Positions 29,895 to 39,610 of a stretch of DNA of 64,000 nt are shown here, piece after piece. Both the position numbers and the translations under genes were made by a program. Under the pieces are notes generated by a model. That model had not been told where the DNA came from and did not search any database. It saw only the letters and a program-made list of their open reading frames with translations. This DNA comes from Pseudomonadota bacterium (GTDB lineage Bacteria > Pseudomonadota > Gammaproteobacteria > JAKBBU01), in assembly GCA_021808365.1 (NCBI GenBank), contig JAKBBU010000003.1:4685-68684 (forward strand), in the 5' to 3' direction. Numbering within the stretch: the first letter of the stretch is position 1; each line of letters starts with the position of its first letter.

Positions 29895-31301
29895 ATTATT
29901 CAGCAACCATTCAAAACACCCCCTCATTCGCTTGAGGCAGAACAATCTGTTCTGGGCGGTTTGATGCTGGATCCCGAAGCCTGGGATAAAATCAGCGATA
30001 AAATTAGCACGGATGATTTCTACCGACTCGAGCATCGCACGTTGTTCAACGCAATGCTTGAGCTCGCCCGCAGAGATGTGCCCTTTGATGTGGTGACACT
30101 TTCCGATGCTTTAAAAGCCCGACAGCAATTGGATGCTGTCGGTGGCGAAGTTTATCTGTTCGAATTATCCCGCAATACGCCAAGTGCTGCAAACATTGCG
30201 GCCTATGCCGCGATTGTGCGTGAGCGCTCTGTCTTACGTCAATTGATTCAAATTGGTACGCAGATCACCGAATCAGGTTTCAAACCTGAAGGCCGTGAAG
30301 TTGCAGAAATTCTCGATGATGTGGAACAACGTATTTTTGCAGTGGCTGAGCAAGGTGCTCGTCCGGGTGGCCCTGTTAGCATCGGTGATTTATTTGGTCA
30401 GACCATCGATCGCATTCATGAATTAACGGAAAGCGGCGGTGAGCTGATTGGTTTAAGCACAGGCTTTAAAGATCTCGATCGTAAAACTTTGGGCTTACAA
30501 CCATCAGATTTGATCATTGTGGCCGGTCGGCCCTCCATGGGTAAAACAATGTTTGCCATGAATATTGCTGAATCTGCAGCGATTGAAGGTGATAAGCCAG
30601 TTTTAATTTTCAGTATGGAAATGCCAGGTGTGGCATTGGCGACACGGATGCTTTCATCCTTGGGTCGTATTGATCAACAACGCATACGAACAGGGAAATT
30701 AGACGACTCAGATTGGGTTAAGATCAGTTCTACATTAAGTATTCTTGCCGATAAAAAATTATTCATCGATGATACTCCTGGTTTAAGTCCTTCAGAAGTG
30801 CGCGCACGCGCGCGACGCTTGATGCGATCACAGGGGCAGCTTGGGTTGATCGTGATCGATTATTTGCAATTGATGCAAGTGCCTGGATCGAAAGAAAATC
30901 GTACGGCTGAAATTTCTGAAATTTCACGATCGCTTAAATCATTAGCCAAAGAATTAAATGTGCCCGTCGTTGCATTATCACAATTAAATCGTAGCTTGGA
31001 GCAGCGCCATGATCGCCGCCCCGTGATGTCAGATTTACGTGAATCAGGTGCCATCGAGCAAGATGCAGATCTCATCATGTTTATTTACCGTGATGAGGTA
31101 TACAATCCTGAAACGGCGGAAAAAAACAAAGCAGAAATTATTATTGGTAAACAACGGAATGGCCCAATCGGGACCATACTACTTACGTGTTTGGGACAGT
31201 ATACTCGTTTTGATAATTATATTAGTGAAAATGCTTATTCATCTTATGATCCACAAGTCAGTCAGCGTTCCAACTTACCCTCTACTCGAGAGTATGTATG
31301 A
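29895..31301 (+). CDS. dnaB: Replicative DNA helicase DnaB. The track start (TTG 29961) truncates the conserved N-terminus; the proposed start is ATT 29895.
   Basis: In-frame PPHSLEAEQSVLGGLMLD lies upstream of 29961. Walker A GRPSMGKT and IVIDYLQLM are present. A GGAGG box sits 6 nt before ATT 29895. Confidence 0.8.
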   Translation: MIQQPFKTPPHSLEAEQSVLGGLMLDPEAWDKISDKISTDDFYRLEHRTLFNAMLELARRDVPFDVVTLSDALKARQQLDAVGGEVYLFELSRNTPSAANIAAYAAIVRERSVLRQLIQIGTQITESGFKPEGREVAEILDDVEQRIFAVAEQGARPGGPVSIGDLFGQTIDRIHELTESGGELIGLSTGFKDLDRKTLGLQPSDLIIVAGRPSMGKTMFAMNIAESAAIEGDKPVLIFSMEMPGVALATRMLSSLGRIDQQRIRTGKLDDSDWVKISSTLSILADKKLFIDDTPGLSPSEVRARARRLMRSQGQLGLIVIDYLQLMQVPGSKENRTAEISEISRSLKSLAKELNVPVVALSQLNRSLEQRHDRRPVMSDLRESGAIEQDADLIMFIYRDEVYNPETAEKNKAEIIIGKQRNGPIGTILLTCLGQYTRFDNYISENAYSSYDPQVSQRSNLPSTREYV

Positions 31302-32377
31302 GTCGTGGCACTTGGGCTGAAATTGATGCCTCTGCCCTGCGGCATAATGTCAAAACCATTCAACACATAGCCCCTCATCAATTAATCATCGCCATGATTA
31401 AAGCAAATGCCTATGGGCATGGCATTAATCCCATCGCCGCTATTTTATCTGAAACTGATATTGAAGGTTTAGGCGTGGCTGTTTTAGAGGAAGCACTTGT
31501 GTTGCGGCAAGCGGGTATTTCCAAACGTATTATCTTAATGGAAGGTGTTTTTAATGCTGCGGAGTTAATTCATGCCGCGAGTGAAAACATGGATGTGGTT
31601 GTTCATCATCTTGGGCAATTAGAATTACTTGAACAAGTGATATTGCCTCATCCGATTCGCGTGTGGTTGAAAATCGATACAGGTATGCATCGCCTTGGGT
31701 TTTCGCCAGAAGATGTCAAAATAGTTTGGCAGCGATTACACGCCCTGTCGCAGGTTGAATCTATTATTCTGATGTCGCATTTTGCCTGTGCTGATCAGCA
31801 CCATGATCCGAAAACAGAAGATCAATTTAAGGTCTTTGAGCAGATTACAGCGGGAATACCAGGGTTAAAAAGTCTCGCTAATTCAGCGATTATTTTACAT
31901 CACTCTGAGAAGCATGCCGATTTATTAAGACCTGGAATTATGTTGTATGGTATTTCGCCTTTTTCAGATGAGTTGGGTGAAGACTACAATTTAAAGCCGG
32001 TGATGACCTTGCATGCACGAATTATTGCCGTAAAAACATTAAAGGCAGGTGAGTCTGTCGGTTATGGTGCAATCTGGAATTGCCCTTCGGATCGAAACAT
32101 CGGTGTGGTGAGTGTCGGTTATGGGGATGGTTATCCGCGCCATGCGATCAATGGCACGCCTGTGCTGGTGAATGGCAGGCGGGCCTCATTAATTGGCCGC
32201 GTTTCAATGGATATGATTACGGTAGATCTTTATGATCAACCCGATGCAAAAGTGGGTGATCCGGTTATTTTATGGGGACGTGGCTTACCCATTGAAACCA
32301 TCGCGCAATGTGCAAATACGATTGCCTATCAATTAACAACGCAGGTGACAGCCAGGGTGCCGAGGGTTATTGTTTAA
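31298..32377 (+). CDS. alr: Alanine racemase
   Basis: PLP-lysine motif IKANAYGHG. ATGA overlap with dnaB. Confidence 0.85.
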   Translation: MSRGTWAEIDASALRHNVKTIQHIAPHQLIIAMIKANAYGHGINPIAAILSETDIEGLGVAVLEEALVLRQAGISKRIILMEGVFNAAELIHAASENMDVVVHHLGQLELLEQVILPHPIRVWLKIDTGMHRLGFSPEDVKIVWQRLHALSQVESIILMSHFACADQHHDPKTEDQFKVFEQITAGIPGLKSLANSAIILHHSEKHADLLRPGIMLYGISPFSDELGEDYNLKPVMTLHARIIAVKTLKAGESVGYGAIWNCPSDRNIGVVSVGYGDGYPRHAINGTPVLVNGRRASLIGRVSMDMITVDLYDQPDAKVGDPVILWGRGLPIETIAQCANTIAYQLTTQVTARVPRVIV

Positions 32378-32467
32378 GGAAAAATAAATGCTCCGTTTTT
32401 CAATGCTTTTTGATTATTCATCAATACTCTGATGGCTTTTTCAAACTAAAATGTGATAAAAAACTAT

Positions 32468-32535
32468 TTTTTGCATTAAATACCTGAATTCATATAAATT
32501 CCAGTATTATAATACCGGAATTTGTATGAATTCAG
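32468..32535. promoter_or_regulatory. Near-perfect 31-bp-arm inverted repeat with no spacer, in the AT-rich gap upstream of the AAA+ ATPase gene
   Basis: aatacctgaattcatataaattccagtatta | taataccggaatttgtatgaattcaggtatt (2 mismatches). Confidence 0.4.
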
Positions 32536-32585
32536 GTATTATGCTATCCTTCTTGTATCGTTTAGATTTTAAATGATCAATCAAG

Positions 32586-33728
32586 GTGGCTTCCCCGATG
32601 TATATTCCCCAATATTGGCTCAATACCCTCCAAGATCATCCCCTCGTGAACAAAGTGGTCGTTATTCTGGGTCCCAGGCGTGTGGGTAAGACAACGCTAC
32701 TAAATCATCTTCTACTTCATGAAAAAAACTATCTTTTTGTGAGTGGCGAAGACATTGATGTGAAATCTTACCTAGAAAGTCAATCAGTTACAAAATTAAA
32801 ATCGTTTGTAGGGCAACATTCACTTTTAGTGATTGATGAAGCTCAAAAGATCAACCAAATTGGCTTGAATTTAAAATTAATGATCGATCATATTCCGGAC
32901 TTACGGATCATTGTTACAGGTTCTTCTGCTTTTGATTTGGCCCAGCACGTCGGGGAGCCACTAACAGGTAGAAAAGTAACGTTCCCCATGTTTCCTCTTT
33001 CTCAAATGGAATTAAACAATTTAGAAAACCCAGCTCAAACACGAGCGAACCTTGAGTTGCGATTGATTTATGGCAGCTATCCCGAAGTAATCTTAATGTC
33101 AGATCTGCAATCAAAACAGCAGTATTTGAATGAGCTTGTTTCCTCTTATCTTTATAAGGATATTTTAGAACTAGAAGGAATACGTAAATCTTCCCATATT
33201 ATGCAGTTGTTACAGCTGTTAGCCCTACAGTTAGGGCGAGAAGTTTCGCATGAAGAATTAGGTAGACAGTTAGGTATGAATCGGCGTACCGTTGAACGTT
33301 ATTTAGATTTATTAGAAAAAGCGTTTGTGATTACGAACGTGCGTGGATTCAGCAGAAATCTTCGAATAGAAGTCACTAAAAATTCACGTTATTATTTTTA
33401 TGATTTAGGTGTGCGAAATGCCATTATTAACCAATTCAATCCACTTGCATTGCGTAGTGATATTGGGGAGTTATGGGAGAATTACATCGTCATTGAACGA
33501 TTAAAAAAACAAGCGTATCATCGAATTATCAGTCATAATTATTTTTGGCGTACTTATCAACAACAAGAGATTGATTGGATTGAAGATCGAGGTGGTGTTT
33601 TACATGCGTATGAAATTAAATGGAGATCACCATCAAGACTGAAACCACCTACGGCATGGGACAATGCATATCCTGGTTCAACATTTACTGTGATTCATCA
33701 AGAGGATTATTTGGATTTTATTAGCTGA
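32586..33728 (+). CDS. AAA+ ATPase of the AAA_14/DUF4143 family
   Basis: Walker A GPRRVGKTTLL, Walker B LLVIDEAQ, C-terminal YFYDLGVRNA..AYEIKW module. Confidence 0.6.
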   Translation: MASPMYIPQYWLNTLQDHPLVNKVVVILGPRRVGKTTLLNHLLLHEKNYLFVSGEDIDVKSYLESQSVTKLKSFVGQHSLLVIDEAQKINQIGLNLKLMIDHIPDLRIIVTGSSAFDLAQHVGEPLTGRKVTFPMFPLSQMELNNLENPAQTRANLELRLIYGSYPEVILMSDLQSKQQYLNELVSSYLYKDILELEGIRKSSHIMQLLQLLALQLGREVSHEELGRQLGMNRRTVERYLDLLEKAFVITNVRGFSRNLRIEVTKNSRYYFYDLGVRNAIINQFNPLALRSDIGELWENYIVIERLKKQAYHRIISHNYFWRTYQQQEIDWIEDRGGVLHAYEIKWRSPSRLKPPTAWDNAYPGSTFTVIHQEDYLDFIS

Positions 33729-33810
33729 TCTATAGCTGAGGCTTGAAATTCCTATTCTCTTTTTCTTAATATTTACTTAATGTTCATTAAATATAATACC
33801 AAGAAGGGCT

Positions 33811-34719
33811 GTGCTACAAAAATGTAGTTTTTGTAGTTCTAATAATAAAAAAGTAGAAGAAACCATGAAAGAATTGAATTCCCCCATTTCATCAGAATAT
33901 ATTCCTGAGTCAACCTTGATGTTTCGACAAAATCAGCTAATAAATGATGGCATTATTAGAAAAAAAGATGGTATTTGCTTTGGAGTATCAGCAAGTTGGA
34001 TACATCTATTGTATAAAACACCTAGGCAGCGTCATAATCTTTTTGAACTTAAAGGGGATGGGTTTAAAAATTTTGTTTCAAGAGCTGTTGAAATTCAAGA
34101 GAGGTATGAATCTTTGGGGGATATTGATGAAGCTTTATTCTCAGAGTTTAATGTGCCTAAAGTTGGAGTTAAACTGGTTAAAAATATCGCTGATTTACTC
34201 GAGGTTGTTAGAAATAAAATAAAAAATGAAAACATATTTTTTATTTGTTTAAACATGAAGGTTACTACAGAGAGTGGGGAGCTGGTCAATGAGACGCATG
34301 CAATAAATATTTTTCGTTATGGGAGCAGTATATTTTTTTCCGAATCTAATTACGGGGTGGTAAAGTTTTCTTCTTATGAAAGCTTTGAAGGTTGGCTTGC
34401 AGAAAAAATGTCGGATGGAGAAGAGTTTGAATTTTATAAAAAAAATTCAAAAAAGTCAATCAGAGGAAATGAAGGGCAGATAATACAGTGTGATTTAATT
34501 GTTGATAGTTTTATGGTTTATCATTTTAATTTAGAAGAATCCTCGCTGGAGGAAATAAAAGAAATGAAAAATCAATTTAACTTTTCAAAAAAATTCGATA
34601 ATAAAATAAACGATCGGATCAGGCTGTTCAGTGGATCACAAGAAAGAACAAACAATCAAATTCATTTTTCGAGGTCTGTGCAAGAAGAAGCAGACTATCG
34701 AATTCTTTCGAAGTTATAA
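33811..34719 (+). CDS. Hypothetical Asn/Lys-rich protein, possibly a papain-fold Cys/His enzyme (start probably MKELNSP at 33865)
   Basis: DGICFGVSASW (Cys) and later ETHAINIFRYG (His), with spacing reminiscent of a C58/YopT-like or CHAP dyad. Weak support. Confidence 0.35.
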   Translation: MLQKCSFCSSNNKKVEETMKELNSPISSEYIPESTLMFRQNQLINDGIIRKKDGICFGVSASWIHLLYKTPRQRHNLFELKGDGFKNFVSRAVEIQERYESLGDIDEALFSEFNVPKVGVKLVKNIADLLEVVRNKIKNENIFFICLNMKVTTESGELVNETHAINIFRYGSSIFFSESNYGVVKFSSYESFEGWLAEKMSDGEEFEFYKKNSKKSIRGNEGQIIQCDLIVDSFMVYHFNLEESSLEEIKEMKNQFNFSKKFDNKINDRIRLFSGSQERTNNQIHFSRSVQEEADYRILSKL

Positions 34720-34761
34720 ATTTTTTTCGTGACGAGGCATTGCGAAACAGTTGCCACATCA

Positions 34762-35367
34762 CTATTCATAACGTCTCTGTAATTTCAGTAAAACAGAATT
34801 CACATCAATTTCACATTGTTTCAACAAAACCAAGAGGTGAAACAATAAATCAGCAACCTCGCTGATTGTTTCTTCTCTTTGGCCCAAGGCACTGGCTAGG
34901 GCAACTTCAACACCTTCTTCACCAACTTTTTGGGCAATTCGCGCAATACCTGAATTAAATAACTCAGTGGTATAGCTGTTTTGTGGTCGTTCTTGAAAAC
35001 GCTGCTCGATTCGTTGTTCTAATTTAGCGAGCAGACCTAAACCTAGATGCTGTTCTGTATTAAAACAGCTCGGTGTATTTAAATGACAACAAGAGCCTTG
35101 TGGGTTGGCTAAAATTAATAAACTATCTTGGTCACAATCGGCAAAAATATCGACCAATTCTAAAAAATGTCCAGAAGTTTCACCTTTGACCCATAAACGT
35201 TGCTTACTTCGACTGTAAAATGTCACCTTCTTTGTGGAAAGCGTTTGATCCAGTGCCTCTTGATTCATATAACCTAGCATTAAAATTTGCAAGGTTTTAG
35301 AATCTTGAATCATAGTGGGGATCAAACCATTCATTTTTTCAAAATTTAAGTGTTCAAATTTTTTCAT
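34762..35367 (-). CDS. hisIE: Bifunctional phosphoribosyl-AMP cyclohydrolase / phosphoribosyl-ATP pyrophosphatase
   Basis: HisI N-domain (WVKGETSGH) plus HisE C-domain. Confidence 0.85.
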   Translation of the reverse strand: MKKFEHLNFEKMNGLIPTMIQDSKTLQILMLGYMNQEALDQTLSTKKVTFYSRSKQRLWVKGETSGHFLELVDIFADCDQDSLLILANPQGSCCHLNTPSCFNTEQHLGLGLLAKLEQRIEQRFQERPQNSYTTELFNSGIARIAQKVGEEGVEVALASALGQREETISEVADLLFHLLVLLKQCEIDVNSVLLKLQRRYE

Positions 35368-36131
35368 AAACGTACCTTAATCATATTTGATTTTAAAAAA
35401 GACTTGAGCCAAGTAATATTCACCATCCTACTATGAAAAACACTCGCAGCTAAAGCACCCTCAACTGCAGTATCCAGAAATAAATCTTTAAAATCTTCTA
35501 ACGACCCAGCACCACCCGATGCAATGAGAGGAATGTTGATTAATGATTTAACAAGATTCAATTGAGTGAGGTCATAACCTTGACGCATACCATCTTGGTT
35601 CATGCAATTAAGCACAATTTCACCTGCTCCTCGGTCTTGAACTTCCTTGACCCAATCCACAGTTCTTTTCAAAGTAGCCCGTGTTTTTTTAGGATCACCG
35701 GTGTATTGATAGACATAATAATCATTATTTTCGCCATAACTATCAATACCTACAACGATACATTGCACACCAAATTCATTTGCAAGTTCGGTAATGAACG
35801 AGGGATTAGCCAAGGCCGGTGAGTTAATCGAAATTTTATCAGCCCCGGCGTTTAATATGTTTCGAGCTTGATCGAGCGAAGAAATGCCGCCGGCGACACA
35901 GAATGGAATATCTAAAATGTGCGCTATTTTCGTGATCCAACCGATATCGACAAGGCGTCCATCACTGCTTGCTGTGATATCATAAAAAACTAATTCATCA
36001 GCACCGGTATCACGATAATATTCAGAAAACTCTTCAATATCACCGATAATTTCATGGTTTTTAAATTGGATCCCTTTCACAATTTGGCCTTCTTTAACAT
36101 CCAGACAAGGAATAATGCGTTTAGCTAACAT
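35364..36131 (-). CDS. hisF: Imidazole glycerol phosphate synthase cyclase subunit
   Basis: [13 protein letters not shown].. typical HisF. Confidence 0.9.
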   Translation of the reverse strand: MLAKRIIPCLDVKEGQIVKGIQFKNHEIIGDIEEFSEYYRDTGADELVFYDITASSDGRLVDIGWITKIAHILDIPFCVAGGISSLDQARNILNAGADKISINSPALANPSFITELANEFGVQCIVVGIDSYGENNDYYVYQYTGDPKKTRATLKRTVDWVKEVQDRGAGEIVLNCMNQDGMRQGYDLTQLNLVKSLINIPLIASGGAGSLEDFKDLFLDTAVEGALAASVFHSRMVNITWLKSFLKSNMIKVRL

Positions 36132-36853
36132 GTTAAAGCCTCTTCTAAAGTTATTTTCTTTTCATAAAAAGCGCGTCCCATAATCGTCCCTGCAACGCCC
36201 AGTGCTTTGAGTTGTTGCAGATCTGAACGGCAACTGACACCCCCAGAGGCTTGTAATTGCAATGAAGGAAAACGCGCAAGTAAGGTTTGATACAAATGAA
36301 CATCAGGTCCCTTCAATGTGCCATCGTTTGAAATGTTGGTACAAAGAAAGTGTCGTAAACCCATCGCTTGATAAAATTCTAAGAGATCAAAGATTGAAGT
36401 TTTGCTTACCTGCTGCCAGCCATTTGTCGCAACGAAGGGTATTGAACCTTGTTCATAGATTACATCTAGAGCTAAAACAAGTTGTTCAGGATTAAAAATC
36501 TTAAACCACGTTTTAACTAAATCAGGATTTTGCACCGCTAAGCTTCCAATGATCACACGTGCGGCACCTTGATCCAGTAAAGTTGTGATTTGTGCTTGGG
36601 TACGAATACCGCCACCGGTTTGGATGTTAAGCTTGCTTTGTTTGATTAATTCGATAATCAGAGGCATTTGATTTTTGTTTGGATCTTGAGCACCCTCTAG
36701 ATCAATCAGATGAATCCAATTTACACCTTCCTTAGAAAAAGTATCTAATAGTGAAAAAGGTTCATTATGATAAATCGTTTCTTTTTGATAATTACCTTGA
36801 TAAAGGCGCACACATTTGCCGCGATAGAGATCGATAGCAGGATAAATCACCAT
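36125..36853 (-). CDS. hisA: ProFAR isomerase
   Basis: [17 protein letters not shown].. HisA. Confidence 0.9.
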   Translation of the reverse strand: MVIYPAIDLYRGKCVRLYQGNYQKETIYHNEPFSLLDTFSKEGVNWIHLIDLEGAQDPNKNQMPLIIELIKQSKLNIQTGGGIRTQAQITTLLDQGAARVIIGSLAVQNPDLVKTWFKIFNPEQLVLALDVIYEQGSIPFVATNGWQQVSKTSIFDLLEFYQAMGLRHFLCTNISNDGTLKGPDVHLYQTLLARFPSLQLQASGGVSCRSDLQQLKALGVAGTIMGRAFYEKKITLEEALTC

Positions 36854-37441
36854 TTATAACTCCAAAAAATTTTTTAAAATTTGTGATCCGATTTTACTGG
36901 AACGCTCAGGGTGAAACTGAGTGCCATAAAAGTTATCGCGCTGCACGACGGCTGAAAAAGTATCACCATACAGACTGGTTGCACACGTATATTCATTGAT
37001 GGGTGCTGCATAACTATGAATAAAATAAACATAGGTATTTTCAGAGATATCCTGCAATAAAGGGATTTTTTTTAGCCGATTGAGCGTGTTCCAGCCCATG
37101 TGCGGAATGCTCAAATTGGGCTTTTTACTGAGTTTTTGAACCTTTCCTGGAATAAGACCGAGGCACTCAATATCATCTTCTTGCGAATAATCAAACAATA
37201 ATTGTAAACCTAGGCAAATTCCTAGGACAGGTTGTGTGAGGGATTTTAGAGTGACATCTAAGTCTTTTTGTTTTAAACATGCCATGCTCATACCTGCTGT
37301 ACCGACACCGGGTAAAATGATATGACTGGATTGTTTAATGCGTTCAGGATCATCACTCAATTGAGCACTTTTTCCTAAGCGGTGTATAGCAGCTTGGATA
37401 GAAAAAATATTGGCACCACCGTTATCGACAATTGTAATCAT
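36854..37441 (-). CDS. hisH: Imidazole glycerol phosphate synthase glutaminase subunit
   Basis: GVGTAG..CLGLQLL class I GATase. Confidence 0.9.
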   Translation of the reverse strand: MITIVDNGGANIFSIQAAIHRLGKSAQLSDDPERIKQSSHIILPGVGTAGMSMACLKQKDLDVTLKSLTQPVLGICLGLQLLFDYSQEDDIECLGLIPGKVQKLSKKPNLSIPHMGWNTLNRLKKIPLLQDISENTYVYFIHSYAAPINEYTCATSLYGDTFSAVVQRDNFYGTQFHPERSSKIGSQILKNFLEL

Positions 37442-38502
37442 AGAACACCTTTTGTACTTGGAAGTTCATAGCCTTGCTGAGTACTTGCTTGACGTAGAGC
37501 TCGACCCACACCTTTAAAAATACTTTCTATCATATGGTGTTCATTTTCACCTATAACTTTAATATGAAGCGTTGCGCCTAGGCTTTGAGCAAACGATCTA
37601 AAAAAGTGAGGGACTAATTCAGTCGGTAATTCACCAATTTTTTCACGTTTGAATTGACCTTCAAAAACAAAAAAAGGGCGGCCACTTAAATCAATCGCGA
37701 TCTGTGCTAATGCTTCATCCATCGGTAAAAGGAACCCATAACGACGGATCCCTAATTTAGAGCCTAGCGCCAGACGTAGCGCTTCTCCGAGTGCGAGTCC
37801 CGTATCTTCAACGGTGTGATGCTCGTCGATGTGCAAATCACCCTCGCAGCGCAGTTGTAAATTCCACCCGGCATGTTTCGCTAATTGTTCGAGCATGTGG
37901 TCAAAAAATCCGAGTTTTGTTTTGATTTGACTACATTCGCGGCCGTCGAGCTTAAGATGAACATTAATGCTTGTTTCATGTGTGTTTCTCTCAACAAGTC
38001 CACAACGAGGCTGACTGATCAATAGCTCTGAAATGGCTTTCCAGCCTTGTTCACGCGAATAAAGTAAGCTTTTGATCCCAATATTTTCAGCCAATTGGAG
38101 ATCAGTTGTCCGATCACCAATCACCCAAGAATTAGATGGATCCATCACACCGTCACGTAAATAATTCGAAACTAGGCCCAGTTTAGGTTTTCTGCAATTG
38201 CAAAGATCTGATTGGAAATGTGGGCAGATCAGTACATCTTCGAACACAATACCCTGACTTTTTAAAAGAGAGAGCAATAAATTGTGCGGAGAATCAAAGC
38301 TAATTTGAGGGAAAGAAGAAGTTCCCAAACCATCTTGATTACTGATCATGACAAACACATAGCCTGCCTGCTTTAAAGCCAATAAAGCGGGAATCACATC
38401 AGGCTCTAATTGAAGTTTTTCAAGATGATCAATTTGTTGATCCAAGGGTTCTTGGATTAGCGTGCCATCTCGATCAATAAATAATACTTTTTTAAAGCGC
38501 AT
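37438..38502 (-). CDS. hisB: Bifunctional histidinol-phosphatase / imidazoleglycerol-phosphate dehydratase
   Basis: HAD motif FIDRDGTL plus IGPD domain. Confidence 0.9.
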   Translation of the reverse strand: MRFKKVLFIDRDGTLIQEPLDQQIDHLEKLQLEPDVIPALLALKQAGYVFVMISNQDGLGTSSFPQISFDSPHNLLLSLLKSQGIVFEDVLICPHFQSDLCNCRKPKLGLVSNYLRDGVMDPSNSWVIGDRTTDLQLAENIGIKSLLYSREQGWKAISELLISQPRCGLVERNTHETSINVHLKLDGRECSQIKTKLGFFDHMLEQLAKHAGWNLQLRCEGDLHIDEHHTVEDTGLALGEALRLALGSKLGIRRYGFLLPMDEALAQIAIDLSGRPFFVFEGQFKREKIGELPTELVPHFFRSFAQSLGATLHIKVIGENEHHMIESIFKGVGRALRQASTQQGYELPSTKGVL

Positions 38503-39610
38503 TTAATACCTCCAGGCAACGTTGATTTTCAAAAGGGGTTCCTATCGTCATTCGAATACAGTTTTCTAAACTGTAGTCTTTGTGACGATTACGTAGGACG
38601 ATTCCATGTTGTATAAAAATTTTCATAACCTGTTGAGCATCTTCAACAGAAAACAAGATAAAATTTGTTTGACTATCCCATGCTTTTTTAATCTGAGGCT
38701 GATTTTTAAATGCGGACATTATTTTATTTTTTTCAAGTTTGATGAGGCTGATTTTTTCTTCAGTTTTCATTAAAGCTTCAGCACTCAGCTGTTGTTCAAC
38801 AAGATTGATGACGGGTTGAGCAATCGGATAAGGTGGAATTACCTTTTTAAGAAGATTGATCAATGCTGGATTAGCCAAGGTTGATCCACAACGCAATCCA
38901 GCGAGCCCATAGGCCTTGGATAGTGTACGTAGGATGATCAAATTGGAATGAATTTTTAAATAAGATGTCAAGCTGGCGCTGTCTGAAAACTCAATGTAGG
39001 CTTCATCGACAATAATTAAAGCTCTATTTTCAAAGATTGTACAAAGTTCAAGAATATCGCTTGTAGATAACAAATTGCCTGTTGGATTATTAGGTGAGCA
39101 TAAAAAAATGAGTTTGGTTGTAGGTTGCCAAGCTTTGAGAATTCCCCTAAGATTTAAAGAAAAATTCTGCTCTTTAATTAATGGAACCGTTAGTACGTGG
39201 GCATTTTGTATCGTTGCGGCCACTTGATACATACCATAGGTCGGTGGGCAAATTAAGATGCTATCTTGGCTTGCGTTGCAAAAAGCTCGAACTAATAGAT
39301 CAATACCTTCATCACTGCCCCGTGTGACGAGTACTTGATCGGTGTTAACGCCGTATAAATTGGATAAAAGATTAATCAAGTTCTTAGGTTGAGGCTCTGG
39401 ATAACGATTGTAGCGATACGGATCATCCCAGGGCGCTTCATTGGCATCGAGCCAAAAATCACCCTGCGAAAAATTACCCTGCCAAAAATTACCCTGCCAA
39501 AAATTACCCTGCCAAAAATTACCCTGAGTTTGTTCGCTTCGAGCTGAGCGATAAGCTTGCATATTCACAATTTCTGGACGCGCTAACGCTAATAATCTAT
39601 TCACGATCAT
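38492..39610 (-). CDS. hisC: Histidinol-phosphate aminotransferase (start probably M15 of the track ORF). Contains an in-frame 15-bp x5 tandem repeat.
   Basis: LARPEIVNMQAYRSAR ... WLDANEAP matches the HisC N-terminus, with (GNFWQ)n inserted between. Confidence 0.85.
   Translation of the reverse strand: MIVNRLLALARPEIVNMQAYRSARSEQTQGNFWQGNFWQGNFWQGNFSQGDFWLDANEAPWDDPYRYNRYPEPQPKNLINLLSNLYGVNTDQVLVTRGSDEGIDLLVRAFCNASQDSILICPPTYGMYQVAATIQNAHVLTVPLIKEQNFSLNLRGILKAWQPTTKLIFLCSPNNPTGNLLSTSDILELCTIFENRALIIVDEAYIEFSDSASLTSYLKIHSNLIILRTLSKAYGLAGLRCGSTLANPALINLLKKVIPPYPIAQPVINLVEQQLSAEALMKTEEKISLIKLEKNKIMSAFKNQPQIKKAWDSQTNFILFSVEDAQQVMKIFIQHGIVLRNRHKDYSLENCIRMTIGTPFENQRCLEVLNAL
39451..39525. repeat. 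Tandem repeat, 15 bp x5 (gccaaaaattaccct), in-frame within hisC, encoding QGNFW units
   Basis: Three perfect and two diverged copies, visible directly. Confidence 0.9.

Noticed and set aside
29961-29966. The TTG/ATG start proposed by the ORF track for dnaB
   Set aside because: It would remove the universally conserved PPHS(L/I)EAEQSVLGG N-terminal segment, which is clearly encoded in-frame upstream.
39451-39525. The short direct repeats raised the possibility of a CRISPR array
   Set aside because: The repeats are 15 bp, contiguous with no spacers, and in-frame inside hisC. This is a coding tandem repeat, not CRISPR.
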